NCBI RefSeq assembly: GCF_006345805.1
Contig: NC_043024.1
Location: 15,624,001 to 15,688,000 of the forward strand
DNA length: 64,000 nucleotides
Source of the DNA: Octopus sinensis
Taxonomy: Eukaryota
Reading direction: 5' to 3'
A model generated the notes under the pieces. That model was not told the origin of the DNA. It saw only the letters and a list, made by a program, of their open reading frames with translations, and did not search any database. Positions 62,863-64,000 of this stretch are shown in pieces (position 1 is the stretch's first letter; each line of letters begins with the position of its first letter). A program made the position numbers and the translations under genes.

Positions 62863-63085
62863 CGTGTATGTTTGTGTGTCTGTGTTTGTCCCCCTCGCAT
62901 TGCTTGACAACCGATGCTGGTGTGTTTACGTCCCCATCACTTAGCGGTTCGGCAAAAGAGACCGATAGAATAAGTACTGGGCTTACAAAGAATAAGTCCC
63001 GGGGTCGAGTTGATGGACTAAAGGCGGTGCTCCAGCATGGCCACAGTCAAATGACTGAAACAAGTAAAAGAGTAAAAGAGAAAAA
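62659..63085 (+). mobile_element. SINE family B, full-length reference copy (tRNA-like head, CORE-like ttgggcaagt segment, internal (TA)/(TG) tract)
   Basis: aggcgcaggagtggctgtgtgg...gggttcagtccc...gcatggccacagtcaaatgactgaaacaagtaaaagag. Confidence 0.9.
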
Positions 63086-63595
63086 GAGTATATCAAATGT
63101 TGCTTTAAAATTAGAAAAATATATGAGAAAGAATTTTTGAAAATGGATTAAAATTTACTGATTTAGATTTAAGCAGGTTGACTTCAATAATAACATTAAG
63201 TTTGTATTTATATCCTTGGTAAGTTCATCTCAGTAATCCGTGACTGGTTTTGATTTGGTTGGAAAATTTCAAGTTTTTATGTATATATCCTTGTTAAATT
63301 CATCTTGGTAATCCATGACAATTTTGTGTAAACAGTACCTTATCCCGCATTCCATATTTGAGATGTAGACGGTTGATTCTGGTTGTTTTTTTAATACAAT
63401 ACTATTTTAGACATATATATCTTTGTGAGAAATTTTGTTTGATATTGAATTTCATGCCATTATTTCAAAATACTGTATATATATATATATATGTGTGTGT
63501 GTGGTGTGTGTGTGTGTGTGTGCATGTGTGTGTGCATGTGTGTGTGTGTATACATATATGTGTACATATATACAAATATATATGTGTGTGTGTGT

Positions 63596-63627
<32 letters not shown>

Positions 63628-64000
63628 TATATATATGTGTATATATATATATACATATATATTCATATATATGTGTATATATATATACATATATATGTGT
63701 ATATATATACATATATGTATATATATACATATATATATATGTGTTTATGTATATTTGCAGTAATATGTAGTCATCCAGCTTATGCTAGCAGTGATGTGAT
63801 AAAAGTAGATGTTGAATGAATAAACATACGCACACACACACATGTATCTGTGTATGTCTGGATACATACATACATACATACATACATACATACATACATA
63901 CATACATACATACATGTGTAGGTTTCTGTGTGTCTGTATAAAGCATTTATATATGCATATTCATTCATATATGCATATGCATAAATATATATGTTTGTGT

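Overview
This is AT-rich, repeat-saturated eukaryotic DNA. The SINE/LINE families and microsatellite spectrum look like an octopus (coleoid cephalopod) genome; that is an inference from recalled repeat families, not a database result. There is no intact gene, rRNA, true tRNA gene or CRISPR array, and most ORFs in the supplied track are translated microsatellites. The window contains: (i) three families of restriction-like-endonuclease LINEs (R4/Dong-like in AAT repeats, a second R4-like fragment, and HERO-like 3' ends); (ii) many 5'-truncated RTE LINE 3' ends with a variable tandem array in the 3' UTR; (iii) Penelope-like GIY-YIG remnants and pLTR-like pieces, often folded back into long palindromes and carrying at least a dozen intact or degenerate minimal type I hammerhead ribozyme motifs; (iv) a 1.34 kb ORF1-only L1/Tx1-like element with a 17-bp TSD; (v) decayed Chapaev-like, mariner/Tc1 and Helitron-like DNA transposons; (vi) three tRNA-derived SINE families; (vii) mini- and microsatellites; (viii) scattered low-confidence exon candidates, mostly on the plus strand; and (ix) a 100-N gap. 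The best leads are the hammerhead-bearing Penelope derivatives (including a CUGU core variant shared by three copies, and fold-back junctions that fall inside the ribozyme), an AAT-targeted LINE with a putative 550-bp non-autonomous partner, and the HAL1-like element. None is proven novel without the searches listed.
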